A DNA stretch of 31,624 bases from an uncultured Acidobacteriota bacterium. GTDB lineage: Bacteria; Actinomycetota; Acidimicrobiia; Spongiisociales; ZC4RG35. The position numbers were made by a program, and so were the translations under genes. The notes under the pieces are model-generated. The model saw only the letters and a list, made by a program, of their open reading frames with translations, did not search any database and was not told where the DNA came from. Shown here one piece after another: positions 19,355 through 28,243 of the stretch. The DNA is taken from assembly GCA_963828465.1 (NCBI GenBank), contig CAWHEU010000003.1, forward strand, positions 1 through 31,624, in the 5' to 3' direction. Positions within the stretch are counted from its first letter, which is position 1; the number at the start of each line of letters is the position of its first letter.

Positions 19355-20401
19355 TTACGTGGAGGGACGCCTCGCAAAGGGGAATGCCAGCAAGCTGAGC
19401 CCGACACCGGCCAGCCCGGCGAAGAAGATGAGACCCGTCCACACCGACACCGGCCAGTTGATCTCCGCGAATACCGAGAAGATGCCGAAATGGACGATCC
19501 ACATCACGACAGGGACTGCAAACGCCAGGATCCGCAGCGAGGCGGGACGCTCGGCGCCCGGTCGGAGCGCCCGGACCAGCAAATCGACGGCGAGACCCGC
19601 CACGAGCGGGGCGATCAACTCCTGTCGGTAGTCGAAGCCCTCGAGCAGCTCCATCAGCAGCCCGAAGCCTCCGAACAAGACCAGCCCGACGCCGAAGGGC
19701 AGTGTCCATCTACGCATCAGCAGGAGCAGGGCCCCCATCAGGATCATCGTGGTGATGAGGACCGATCCAACCCCGGCCACCACGGCGAAGTAGCCGGTCT
19801 CCACACCCGGGATGTAGGGAGTCTCCATGAGACGAACGCTGGTCCCGTCCATGTACTGGAAGAAGAACCCGAGCTGCGCCGCCGCCATCGTCGCCGCCAA
19901 CACCGCGGGCAGCAGGGGGCGGAGACCCGGCGGTGGATCATCGTCGAACCATGCGGCCCGAAAGGGCCCGGAGAGGATCAGCAGCGCTCCCATCAACAAC
20001 AACAGATGCGTCGGCGAGAGCAGGGCATCGATCGAAACCTCGATCCCGAAGATGATGTGCCAAAACATGTCGCCGATCGCGCCGGCCATGAATACGACGA
20101 CACCGGCGACAGAAGTCCCGTAACCGATCGGGATCGCCCCGGTCAGCGACGACGCACGGGACCGATCTCTGATCACCAGCCAGGTGAGCCAGAAGGCCAC
20201 GGCCAGGAACCCCGAGTAGAGGACGGCATGCCACGGTGTGAAGAACGTCTCCGGGGTATCGAGGTTGCGGTGGGCATACCCATCCACGAATCCGCCAAGG
20301 GTGAGCCAGGAGCCGAGGACCACGGTGATCAGGTCTTCACCCCAGGTGGTGCGATGCGCTCTCGTGTCCGGTCGGGACGACCGGCTGGGAGAGGTTCTCA
20401 T
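19355..20401 (-). CDS. Polytopic membrane protein with two D-x3-H-xn-H metal-binding-like motifs (PmoC/AmoC-like pattern)
   Basis: ATG 20401 follows GGTGG. About nine hydrophobic segments. Motifs DGYAHRNLDTPETFFTPWH and DMFWHIIFGIEVSIDALLSPTH. Confidence 0.75.
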   Translation of the reverse strand: MRTSPSRSSRPDTRAHRTTWGEDLITVVLGSWLTLGGFVDGYAHRNLDTPETFFTPWHAVLYSGFLAVAFWLTWLVIRDRSRASSLTGAIPIGYGTSVAGVVVFMAGAIGDMFWHIIFGIEVSIDALLSPTHLLLLMGALLILSGPFRAAWFDDDPPPGLRPLLPAVLAATMAAAQLGFFFQYMDGTSVRLMETPYIPGVETGYFAVVAGVGSVLITTMILMGALLLLMRRWTLPFGVGLVLFGGFGLLMELLEGFDYRQELIAPLVAGLAVDLLVRALRPGAERPASLRILAFAVPVVMWIVHFGIFSVFAEINWPVSVWTGLIFFAGLAGVGLSLLAFPFARRPST

Positions 20402-20429
20402 GTCACCACCCATTCTGGCGCGATCCGGG

Positions 20430-21029
20430 TCAGACCTCGACCAACGCGCGGACAAACCGGACCCGGTGACGGGTGGCCCAACACCTGGCCAGGATCAGGG
20501 CGGAGCCGATCACGGTGACGATCCCGTACCCGATGAGAGGGAGATCGGCCACCAGCCATCCATAGCCACCCCACAAGAGCGCCTCGGCGGCGGCGATCAC
20601 CCACGTCGCCGGGGCAACTCCTGTGGGGCGGCGGGTGCCATAGACCGCGATCACACCGGGCATGAGCTGCACAACTGGCGTCATCGCCAGCAGCAGCCCG
20701 AGACCGGCTGGGCCCATGAGAGCTTCGGCCGCCAGCAAGCTCGTCGAGTACCAGAACGAAGGCCGCCACCACACGATGCCCGGGGCACGGCGCACGATGA
20801 GGACCAGCGTGATCGTGTACGCCACGACCGCCATGGCCGGGGCGAAGGAGGCGACCCAGAGGTCCTGGGCCCCGACATACGCCACCCATGCCAGGTTGGT
20901 GACCACCCCGAATCCGGCCCAAACCGCCGAAAGACCTGCCGTGTCCCCCCTCGAGATGAGGCGGACGATCTGGGGGACGAGGAAGGTCGCAGTGAGAAGG
21001 GTGGCCACGATCGCGAGCAGCTCAGGCAT
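20430..21029 (-). CDS. PQ-loop / SemiSWEET (MtN3)-family transporter with two repeats
   Basis: FLVPQIVRLISRGDTAGLS...NLAWVAY and LMPGVIAVYGTRRPTGVA...LLWGGYG are two three-helix repeats. GGGAG RBS precedes ATG 21029. Confidence 0.8.
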   Translation of the reverse strand: MPELLAIVATLLTATFLVPQIVRLISRGDTAGLSAVWAGFGVVTNLAWVAYVGAQDLWVASFAPAMAVVAYTITLVLIVRRAPGIVWWRPSFWYSTSLLAAEALMGPAGLGLLLAMTPVVQLMPGVIAVYGTRRPTGVAPATWVIAAAEALLWGGYGWLVADLPLIGYGIVTVIGSALILARCWATRHRVRFVRALVEV

Positions 21030-21129
21030 CGGAAACTCTCCCAACCGGAGCGGCCGGTCAGACGCCTCCCGCCTTTGTCAGATCCGCTACATTTAGACGG
21101 GGATGTTTCGCGAGGGGGCTGGAGGCGAT

Positions 21130-21288
21130 ATGCCTGAATGGATTGGGAGCGTCCTGTTCCTCAGCGCCTTGGGCCTGTCCGGTTCCAAGATCTCGGAGGA
21201 TTTCGGCAACCGTGGACTTCGCGGCTGGGCCATGCTGATGCTGGTGCTCGCTGTCTACGCCTACGCGGTGGTCGTCGCGTTCGTCTGA
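21130..21288 (+). CDS. Small two-helix membrane protein (52 aa)
   Basis: GGAGG precedes ATG 21130. MPEWIGSVLFLSALGL...GWAMLMLVLAVYAYAVVVAFV. Confidence 0.5.
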   Translation: MPEWIGSVLFLSALGLSGSKISEDFGNRGLRGWAMLMLVLAVYAYAVVVAFV

Positions 21289-21399
21289 CACCAATTGAAG
21301 GTCGATCCCCACCATGACCTGAACCGTGCCCGACCGGGGCCGGTTCTGGAATGGGGATCAGTCCCCTGGGGGTGATTCCCCCGATTAGGTTGCGGTCAC

Positions 21400-22560
21400 A
21401 TGACCAGCCAGGGACAGGCACTTCGAGGGACAAATCCGGGCCGGTAGCCAGGAGTTGGACAACCCGTGGGCCGAGGCGGTTTTCACCCAGGTCGGCGACG
21501 AAGTAATCCTCACGGTGAATCAGAGAGAGGTCGCCCGCCTCCCCGAGGCTGTCATCACCCGTACCGAGCAGCCCGATGTCTTCCTGCTCGAGGGGGCCGA
21601 CCAGCCCCTCTACTTCCGTCCCCGGGACCCGACTGCGTTCGGGGAGACGGTGGCGCCGCCGATGAGCACGGCCGAACTGATCGCCGCGGCGTCGGCTCCG
21701 CCCGATGACGCGACCCTCATCATGGAACCGATGGACGAGCCGCCGATCGACGAGCCGACCGAGGAGCCGATCGATGCCGAGCCGGTCGAGGAGGCTCCCA
21801 CCCCGTGGTGGCAGCAATGGTGGGTGATCGTCGGCATTCTCCTGCTGCTCCTGATCCTGTTCCTGGCTTATTGCAACGACGATGCCGGGACGGGTACGAG
21901 CACCACGACCACGCTGGCGCCGGCGGTGACGACATCGGTCGCCGGGACCACCTCTGTCACGACGGTGCCCGCCACCACGACCACCGTCCCGCCCACGACG
22001 TCGACGACCGCAGCCACAACAACGAGCGCGCCGGCGACCACCACCACGACCCCCGCCGCCACCACGACTTCGGTTCCGCCACCCGAGCCTGCGTTCGGCG
22101 CCGGGAACCACGTCGTCGGCGAGGAAGTAGAGCCCGGCGTCTATGAGACCGGGATCGTCACCAGTCTGCTCGCGTGCTCTGGGAGCGTCTCTCCGGTGTC
22201 TCCGGAACGCCCGAAGAAGTCATCGCCGGCAACGAGGTGTCCAACCACGACGTGGTGGAAATCATGGGCACGGATGCAGTCTTCGACACCAACTGCGAGG
22301 CCTGGTACACGCCCACCGAGCCTCCCGAGCCGATGACCGACATCCCCGAGGGGAAGTGGATCCTGGGAACGCATATCGGTCCGGGCACGTATCAGGCTCC
22401 GGGAGGCAGCGATTGCACCTGGGAGCGTCTTTCCGGTGTCTCGGGAACGCCGGAAGAGGTCATCGCCACCGACCAACCCGCGGGAGAAGCGGTGGTCGAG
22501 ATCGATCCAGGCGACTTCGCCTTCAATTCGGTCGGCTGTGGGGAGTGGGCGCCGGCCTAG
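21400..22560 (+). CDS. Single-pass membrane protein with Thr-rich linker and two tandem extracellular GxxxxGxxxxPGxY...CxWERLSG domains (frameshifts ~21418 and ~22178)
   Basis: TAGGTT lies 8 nt before ATG 21400, which joins ORF 21455..22336 after a 1-nt correction. TM WWVIVGILLLLLILFLAY, a Thr/Pro/Ala linker, and ORF 22174..22560 continues the duplicated domain. Confidence 0.7.
22179..22467 (+). repeat. Internal domain duplication, 240-bp period
   Basis: ctgggagcgtct(c/t)tccggtgtctc(c/g)ggaacgcc(c/g)gaaga(a/g)gtcatcgcc occurs at 22179 and 22419. Confidence 0.85.
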
Positions 22561-23765
22561 CCAGCGACGGTTCCACGCGGAGCTGCCAGTCGCTGTTTCA
22601 GAACGAGCAGCGCCACGAGCACTGGCGCGAGCAAGAGCACAACCATGGCCATCAGAGTCGGGTTGGCGTCCCAACCGGTGAATCCCACCGCAAGGGCGAG
22701 AAGCGCACTGCCATACATGGTGAGCTCCGCCCTGAGATAGATCTCGGGTGCTCGGGCCCGCGCCTCGAGGGTGCGGGTGAGAAGCGCCACCGTGACCATG
22801 GCGACAGACATGGCTCCAACGAGCAGCCATCTGACCTCATCGGGCAGATCCCCGGACGGTCGTTCCACGGTATTGAGCACGCCCGCCCCTCCGGCGGTTA
22901 TGGCGACGACAAGAGGGAAATGGAGGTTCAGCCAGAGCTGGCTGTACCGGGAGATCGGCTCGCGGAGTGAGACCAGATCGAAGTAGATCCACCACAACCC
23001 GATGGCGACCAGCACCCCCAGCATTCCTGCCGAAGCAGCGTCCAGGTCGAGCACTTCGACTTCTGCCATCCCGGTCACCGAGCCAACTATCACCTCACCG
23101 AGGACGATGATCACGAACAGGTCGAGACGTTCGACGAGAGATCCCGTCACCGCGATGACAGCGTCGCCCCCCTGGCTCTCCGGCGGAGTCCAGCGACGGA
23201 ACGCAACGATCTGGCCGATGATCTGGAGCGCCAGACCCAGAACCCAGAGCCAGTACCGCCCCGGTGGCGATACCCAGATGCTCCCGGCGAACGTGAGTGC
23301 CGACAGGAGATAGAAGCCGGAATAGGGAATGGAGGCGGCTCGATGTGCGGGGTCGTAGACCCCGGTCCGAAACCAGATCAGGACGAGGATGAGGACGTTC
23401 AACGCATAGGCAAGGGCAAAACCGGCCTCGCCATCGCCCGGGACACTCCCGACAAAAACACCCATCATCGCCACGGCCAGCATCTGGGCGAACGTGAACA
23501 CCCTGACACTGACGTCGTTCGTTCCGTGCAGGTCGTAATAGAGGGTCCCGTTGGCCCACGACGACCAGACCGCGTAGAAGAGAAAGACGAACCAACCGAC
23601 TCCCTCCCACGTTGGGTGCTCGGCCAGCCGGTGAGAGAGCTGGGCCACGACCACCACGAACACCAAGTCGAAGAACAACTCGAGGAAGCTGATCCGGCGC
23701 TCCGTCGGGCGATCCTCGAATCGGCGCGGAGGCTGCCAGAGGCGGAATCTCGGTGGCGTGGTCAC
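22557..23765 (-). CDS. ltrA: Low temperature requirement protein A (LtrA family membrane protein)
   Basis: LELFFDLVFVVVVAQLS, ERLDLFVIIVLGE, LWWIYFD and LHFPLV, with many TM helices. Confidence 0.9.
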   Translation of the reverse strand: MTTPPRFRLWQPPRRFEDRPTERRISFLELFFDLVFVVVVAQLSHRLAEHPTWEGVGWFVFLFYAVWSSWANGTLYYDLHGTNDVSVRVFTFAQMLAVAMMGVFVGSVPGDGEAGFALAYALNVLILVLIWFRTGVYDPAHRAASIPYSGFYLLSALTFAGSIWVSPPGRYWLWVLGLALQIIGQIVAFRRWTPPESQGGDAVIAVTGSLVERLDLFVIIVLGEVIVGSVTGMAEVEVLDLDAASAGMLGVLVAIGLWWIYFDLVSLREPISRYSQLWLNLHFPLVVAITAGGAGVLNTVERPSGDLPDEVRWLLVGAMSVAMVTVALLTRTLEARARAPEIYLRAELTMYGSALLALAVGFTGWDANPTLMAMVVLLLAPVLVALLVLKQRLAAPRGTVAG

Positions 23766-23792
23766 GGGCAGGAAAGCTATCGAATCCTCTAT

Positions 23793-23835
23793 AACAGTCT
23801 ATAGGTTGTAAACAGTCTATCGGATGTAGTAGGTT
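23793..23835 (+). promoter_or_regulatory. Two tandem 18-bp operator-like repeats overlapping a sigma-A-like promoter for the XRE gene
   Basis: AACAGTCTATAGGTTGTA (23793-23810) and AACAGTCTATCGGATGTA (23811-23828) each contain ACA-N10-TGT. TTGTAA (23806)-N18-TAGGTT (23830) lies 7 nt before ATG 23843. Confidence 0.7.
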
Positions 23836-23842
23836 GAGACCC

Positions 23843-24187
23843 ATGGGCAAGTACGACACCGCACCGACGGTTGCCGCAGGCCTCATACGCCTAGCCAGGG
23901 ACAAGGCGGGATTGACCCAGAACGAGCTCGCCGAGCGGGCAGGGGCGAGCCAGCAGGCCATTTCAGCCTACGAGACGGGACGCAAAGAGCCAACGCTTCC
24001 AACACTCCAGCGACTGGCCGCCGCTGCCGGCTTCGAGATGCGGATCAGACTCGAGCCGATCGACGACCACGATCGAACCCTGGATGCCCTCCTCGAGTCG
24101 CTTCCGGTCGGCGACCGGGCTGAGCTAGAGGAGTTGCAACGTCGCAGGGTCGAGGAGGCCCGACTGCGTCGTATCAGAGGTCACTGA
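23843..24187 (+). CDS. XRE-family helix-turn-helix regulator / putative antitoxin
   Basis: LIRLARDKAGLTQNELAERAGASQQAISAYETGRKEPTLPTLQRL. TGATG overlap with the next gene. Confidence 0.9.
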   Translation: MGKYDTAPTVAAGLIRLARDKAGLTQNELAERAGASQQAISAYETGRKEPTLPTLQRLAAAAGFEMRIRLEPIDDHDRTLDALLESLPVGDRAELEELQRRRVEEARLRRIRGH

Positions 24188-24690
24188 TGCCCCTTCCCGG
24201 AGTCGATGCGGCGCGAATGATCGACACCCTCAACGATCACGGAGTGCTCTACGTGGTGGTCGGTGGCTTCGCCGTGGAGCTTTGGGATGTGGCGGTGCTG
24301 CCAACCGTCGACGTCGACATCACGCCAGAGCGGTCCACGGAGAACCTAACCCGGTTGGCGACCGCCCTCGATGAGCTCGAAGCCGTGCTTCGCTATGGCG
24401 ACGAGGGCGTGGCCATACCCGGGGGATTCACTGCAGAGAACATCTTGGACATGAATGTGCTCAATCTCTATACGGTGGCCGGGCCTCTCGACCTGACGAT
24501 CATGCCTGACGGCACCGAGGGATACCCGGACCTCATCCGAAGCGCAACCGAGATCGAATACGAGGGAATCGCGGTACCGACGGCCTCTCTCGAAGATGTG
24601 GCGCGATCCAAGGAGGCTGCGGGTCGTCCCAAGGACCTCCGCACCCTGCCCGCCATCCGGGCACATATCCGACGACGCTCCACCCGCTGA
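24187..24690 (+). CDS. Pol-beta-superfamily nucleotidyltransferase-like protein (putative TA partner)
   Basis: YVVVGGFAV...PTVDVDITP (GG/DxD), LDL and SKEAAGRPKD. Confidence 0.75.
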   Translation: MPLPGVDAARMIDTLNDHGVLYVVVGGFAVELWDVAVLPTVDVDITPERSTENLTRLATALDELEAVLRYGDEGVAIPGGFTAENILDMNVLNLYTVAGPLDLTIMPDGTEGYPDLIRSATEIEYEGIAVPTASLEDVARSKEAAGRPKDLRTLPAIRAHIRRRSTR

Positions 24691-24691
24691 A

Positions 24692-24720
24692 TCTCCACTC
24701 CTTCTTCACATCGTCTCCAC
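24692..24720 (+). promoter_or_regulatory. Three direct repeats TCT(C/T)CAC at 11-bp spacing; putative OmpR/PhoB-family binding site
   Basis: TCTCCAC at 24692, TCTTCAC at 24703 and TCTCCAC at 24714, upstream of the gene preceding the OmpR-family regulator. Confidence 0.65.
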
Positions 24721-24768
24721 ATTCGAGACCGATCCTGAGGTGAGTCTCGAATGAAAGGAGTCTGAGAC

Positions 24769-25173
24769 ATGAGAAGGAACGTGGTTGGGACGGTGCTCAT
24801 CACCCTGCTCATCGTGGGAGCCCTGGGCGCGATCGGCTTCGGTCTGTGGCAGATGGGCTACCAACGGGGCCTGGTAGAGACGGGGGCCGAGGTCGTGACC
24901 CGCACCGTCAACGGAGTCCAAGGCTGGTGGGGTGCAGGCTGGGGCTACGGCTTCGGATTCTTCGGCTTGATCTTCAAGGTGCTGCTCTTCTTCCTGCTCT
25001 TCGGTCTGATCGCTCGGTTCTTCTTCGGGCCGCGCCGCTGGGGGCCAGGACCGTACTGGGGCCGCGACTGGCACGAAGGGGAGGGTCCGCCTGAACAGCG
25101 CATGACCGAATGGCACGATCGGGCTCACGGCAACCAGGCGAATCCGAAGCCCGAGACCCAACAGGACACGTAG
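24769..25173 (+). CDS. Membrane protein associated with the two-component system (2 TM, Gly/Trp-rich, C-terminal EWHDRAH)
   Basis: AAAGGAG RBS and two hydrophobic helices. It lies immediately upstream of the response regulator. Confidence 0.8.
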   Translation: MRRNVVGTVLITLLIVGALGAIGFGLWQMGYQRGLVETGAEVVTRTVNGVQGWWGAGWGYGFGFFGLIFKVLLFFLLFGLIARFFFGPRRWGPGPYWGRDWHEGEGPPEQRMTEWHDRAHGNQANPKPETQQDT

Positions 25174-25189
25174 CCCACGAGCGGCGACA

Positions 25190-25876
25190 ATGAACGGCGT
25201 GCCCAAGGTCCTCGTCGTCGACGACGAGATGAAGATTGCCCGCCTCGTCAGGGACTACCTGACCGAGGCGGGCTTCGACGTCGCCCTGGCCTCGACCGGG
25301 CCGGCGGCGGTGGCCGCGGTCCGCTCGGACCGTCCCGACCTCGTCGTCCTCGACCTTGGCCTCCCCGGGATGGACGGGTATAACGTGACCCGAAACATCC
25401 GAGGACAATCGACGATCCCGATCATCATGCTCACCGCCAGGAGCGAGGAGACGGATCGCATCGTCGGGCTCGAGCTGGGCGCGGACGACTATGTGGTCAA
25501 GCCATTCAGCCCGAGAGAGCTCGTGGCTCGGGTCAAGGCGGTCCTGCGACGAACCGGCGGCGAGGTGGCCACCGAGACCATCCGGGTGATGGACCTGGTG
25601 GTCAGCCTCCCCAACCGCAGCGTCGAGCGTGACGGATCTCGCATCGAGTTGACCGCCACCGAATTCGAACTGCTGAGGACCCTGGCGTCGAGCCCGGGGA
25701 GAGTGTTCACCCGAGGTCAACTGCTCGATTCGATCCGTGGAGTGTCCTTCGAGTCGTACGAGCGGGCCATCGACGCCCACATCAAGAATCTCCGGAAGAA
25801 GTTGGAGCCCGATCCCCGACGTCCGAGATACGTCTTGACCGTCTACGGCGTCGGCTACAAGTTCAGCGATGCCTGA
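25190..25876 (+). CDS. OmpR/PhoB-family response regulator (true start may be GTG 25199)
   Basis: VLVVDDE, DLVVLDLGLPGMDG, GADDYVVKPFSPREL, LTATEFELL, RAIDAHIKNLRKKLE and TVYGVGYKF. Confidence 0.97.
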   Translation: MNGVPKVLVVDDEMKIARLVRDYLTEAGFDVALASTGPAAVAAVRSDRPDLVVLDLGLPGMDGYNVTRNIRGQSTIPIIMLTARSEETDRIVGLELGADDYVVKPFSPRELVARVKAVLRRTGGEVATETIRVMDLVVSLPNRSVERDGSRIELTATEFELLRTLASSPGRVFTRGQLLDSIRGVSFESYERAIDAHIKNLRKKLEPDPRRPRYVLTVYGVGYKFSDA

Positions 25877-26903
25877 CCCGAGATGGCAGGGACCGCCCTG
25901 GTCCCAGGACGGCCGCGGCCCGCCCCGGATGCTCCGACCCATCATCGGGTTCGCCCTGTTCCTGATCATCGTCGGCCCCTTTCTCGGGCTGATCTTTGCC
26001 AATCTCTTCGGGGTCTTCCGCGGGCCGGGTCGCTTCGTGCTCGGCGGCCTCGCCATCCTGGCCCTGGTTGGCCTGGTCGCCTTCGCCCGCAACCGCTTTG
26101 GTCGGACCTGGGCCCCGATCGGCGCCCTGATCGACGCCACAAAGCGACTCGGCGACGGTGAGACCGGGGTGCGCATCCCGATCAATGAGCCGGGTCCTCT
26201 GGCCGCGGTCAGCGGCTCGTTCAACCGGATGGCCGCCCGTCTCGAGGATGAGGACGAGCGAAGACGCCGGCTGCTCGCCGACCTCGGCCACGAGCTCCGC
26301 ACTCCACTCACCGTGATTCGCGGAGAGATCGAGGCCGTGCTCGACGGGCTTCATGAGCCAGAGAGCCTGTCCAACGTCATCGACGAAGTCGATCTGATGG
26401 AGCGTCTCCTCGAGGACCTGCGGGTGCTCACCCTGACCGAAGCGGGCCGTCTCCAACTGCATCGGGAACCGACCGACATCGAAGCCGTGATCGGGGACGT
26501 CATCGCCTCTTTCGCCACCGCTTTGGAGGCGCGCCATGTCACATCACGGGTGGAGGTCGACACGGGGATGGGCGAGATCGACGTTGACCCGTACCGGCTG
26601 CGTCAGGTTTTGTCCAACCTCGTCTCCAATGCCCTCAACCAGATGCAGGACGGAGGCAGCTTGGAGGTTTCAGCTCAGCTCGACGAAGCCACCGCCCGGA
26701 TCGAGGTCGCCGACACCGGGCCGGGGATCCCGCCTGACCGGCTGGAGCATGTGTTCGAGCGGTTCGTGAAGTCGGGGGATTCGACCGGGAGTGGGCTCGG
26801 TCTCTCCATCGCCCGCGACCTGGTGAAGGCACATGGAGGGACCATCGCCGCCGCCAATCGGTCCGGGGGCGGGGCGGTGTTCACCATCGTGTTGCCCGTC
26901 TAG
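25869..26903 (+). CDS. HAMP-domain sensor histidine kinase (BaeS-like, very short extracellular loop)
   Basis: Two TM helices, HAMP (FNRMAARL), H-box GHELRTPL, N-box NLVSNAL, DTGPGI and GSGLGLSIA. Confidence 0.95.
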   Translation: MPDPRWQGPPWSQDGRGPPRMLRPIIGFALFLIIVGPFLGLIFANLFGVFRGPGRFVLGGLAILALVGLVAFARNRFGRTWAPIGALIDATKRLGDGETGVRIPINEPGPLAAVSGSFNRMAARLEDEDERRRRLLADLGHELRTPLTVIRGEIEAVLDGLHEPESLSNVIDEVDLMERLLEDLRVLTLTEAGRLQLHREPTDIEAVIGDVIASFATALEARHVTSRVEVDTGMGEIDVDPYRLRQVLSNLVSNALNQMQDGGSLEVSAQLDEATARIEVADTGPGIPPDRLEHVFERFVKSGDSTGSGLGLSIARDLVKAHGGTIAAANRSGGGAVFTIVLPV

Positions 26904-27283
26904 AGACTGGCAGCAATGATCCCGCAGCAGACAGCGATACCCATCGACACCGGCGCCCAGACCCGCTCCGCCTTGGAACGAGACACGAGGTTGAGAAGGC
27001 CACCGAGGGCGAACAGCCCCGTGAACACCCACATACCGATCGGGCCGACATTGGGGACGACCTCGAAATCAGTCACGCCACCCGCTTCGAGGATGAGGAG
27101 GGTGGCGAGCGGGTAGATCACCACACCGGCCACTGCACTGGCGACTCTCAGCCCGACTGGAAGCTTGCCCTCATATTGGCCACCCCAGGCCATCCGTCTG
27201 GCCGGCATGCCGAGAGCGAGGGCGAGCTGGAACACGGCGATCAGCCCGAGCAGGCATGCGGCTACCACTGCGGCGATGGTCAT
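26900..27283 (-). CDS. Hypothetical 4-TM membrane protein
   Basis: FQLALALGMP...AWGG...LPVGLRVAS and four hydrophobic segments. TAGGTT lies 8 nt upstream of the ATG. Confidence 0.75.
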   Translation of the reverse strand: MTIAAVVAACLLGLIAVFQLALALGMPARRMAWGGQYEGKLPVGLRVASAVAGVVIYPLATLLILEAGGVTDFEVVPNVGPIGMWVFTGLFALGGLLNLVSRSKAERVWAPVSMGIAVCCGIIAASL

Positions 27284-27324
27284 CGACTGAGAACCTACGC
27301 ATCTGTTCCCAGCTCTCTGGGCTG

Positions 27325-27354
27325 TGCTATCGTTGTGATATCAGACAGCTATCA
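27325..27354 (+). promoter_or_regulatory. Three (T/A)G(C/A)TATC repeats at 11-bp spacing; putative ribbon-helix-helix operator of the SPFH operon
   Basis: TGCTATC at 27325, TGATATCA at 27336 (palindromic) and AGCTATCA at 27347, just before the GGAGG RBS of the SPFH gene. Confidence 0.65.
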
Positions 27355-27368
27355 CATGGAGGTAGCAA

Positions 27369-28235
27369 GTGAACGAGCGCAAGGGTCTCGGCATCAACGG
27401 ATGGTTGATGCTCGTGATCGTGATCGCCCTATTCCTCGGGGGTGGCTGGCTCATCTGGGAGGCCACAGGAAACAGCCAGGCCTCGACCTTCTGGACCGGT
27501 ATCGTCCTCGTCCTCGTCGGTGGCGTGCTGGCGAGCGGCTTCGTAATCAACCCCCCCAACATCGCCAAGGTGGTCACCTTCTTCGGCCGCTATCTCGGCA
27601 CCGTGCGCCGGAATGGCCTGAGCTGGACCGTCCCGCTCACCAACCGGGAGCAGGTCAGCCTCCGTATCCAGAACTTCGACAGCGAGATCCTCAAAGTGAA
27701 TGATGCCAACGGGAACCCGGTCGAGGTGGCGGCGGTCATCGTGTGGCGGGTGGTGGACACGGCGCAAGCGGTGTTCGATGTGGAGGACTACGAGGACTTC
27801 GTCAGGATCCAGACCGAGACAGCGGTACGCCATATGGCATCGGAGTATCCCTACGACAACTACGAGGAAGGGCAGTTCTCGCTGCGGGCCAATGCCGACG
27901 AGGTGACCACCTCGCTCCATCAGGAGCTCCAGACCCAGCTCACCCTGGCCGGGGTCGAGGTGCTGCGCACACAGTTACGCCGGCTCGCCTATGCCCCCGA
28001 GATCGCAGCCGACATGCTCCGCCGCCAGCAGGCAGAGGCGGTGGTGGCGGCACGCACGCGGATCGTCGAAGGTGCGGTGGGGATGGTCGACCACGCCCTC
28101 GAGATGCTCAGTGAGAAGCACATCGTCGAACTCGACGAGGAACGGAAGGCGGCCATGGTCTCGAATCTCCTGGTAGTCCTTTGCAGTGAGCACCATGCCC
28201 AGCCGGTGCTCAACGCCGGGACTCTCTACCAGTAG
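27369..28235 (+). CDS. SPFH (band 7/stomatin-like) domain membrane protein
   Basis: Two N-terminal TM helices, [48 protein letters not shown] and [12 protein letters not shown]. Confidence 0.93.
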   Translation: MNERKGLGINGWLMLVIVIALFLGGGWLIWEATGNSQASTFWTGIVLVLVGGVLASGFVINPPNIAKVVTFFGRYLGTVRRNGLSWTVPLTNREQVSLRIQNFDSEILKVNDANGNPVEVAAVIVWRVVDTAQAVFDVEDYEDFVRIQTETAVRHMASEYPYDNYEEGQFSLRANADEVTTSLHQELQTQLTLAGVEVLRTQLRRLAYAPEIAADMLRRQQAEAVVAARTRIVEGAVGMVDHALEMLSEKHIVELDEERKAAMVSNLLVVLCSEHHAQPVLNAGTLYQ

Positions 28236-28243
28236 GAAGGACC

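Noticed and set aside
19355-20401. A genuine methane or ammonia monooxygenase operon
   Set aside because: There is no pmoA/amoA or pmoB/amoB neighbour, and the similarity is limited to motif spacing.
21890-22080. Low-complexity ACC/ACG repeat tract
   Set aside because: It is explained by a Thr-rich protein linker.
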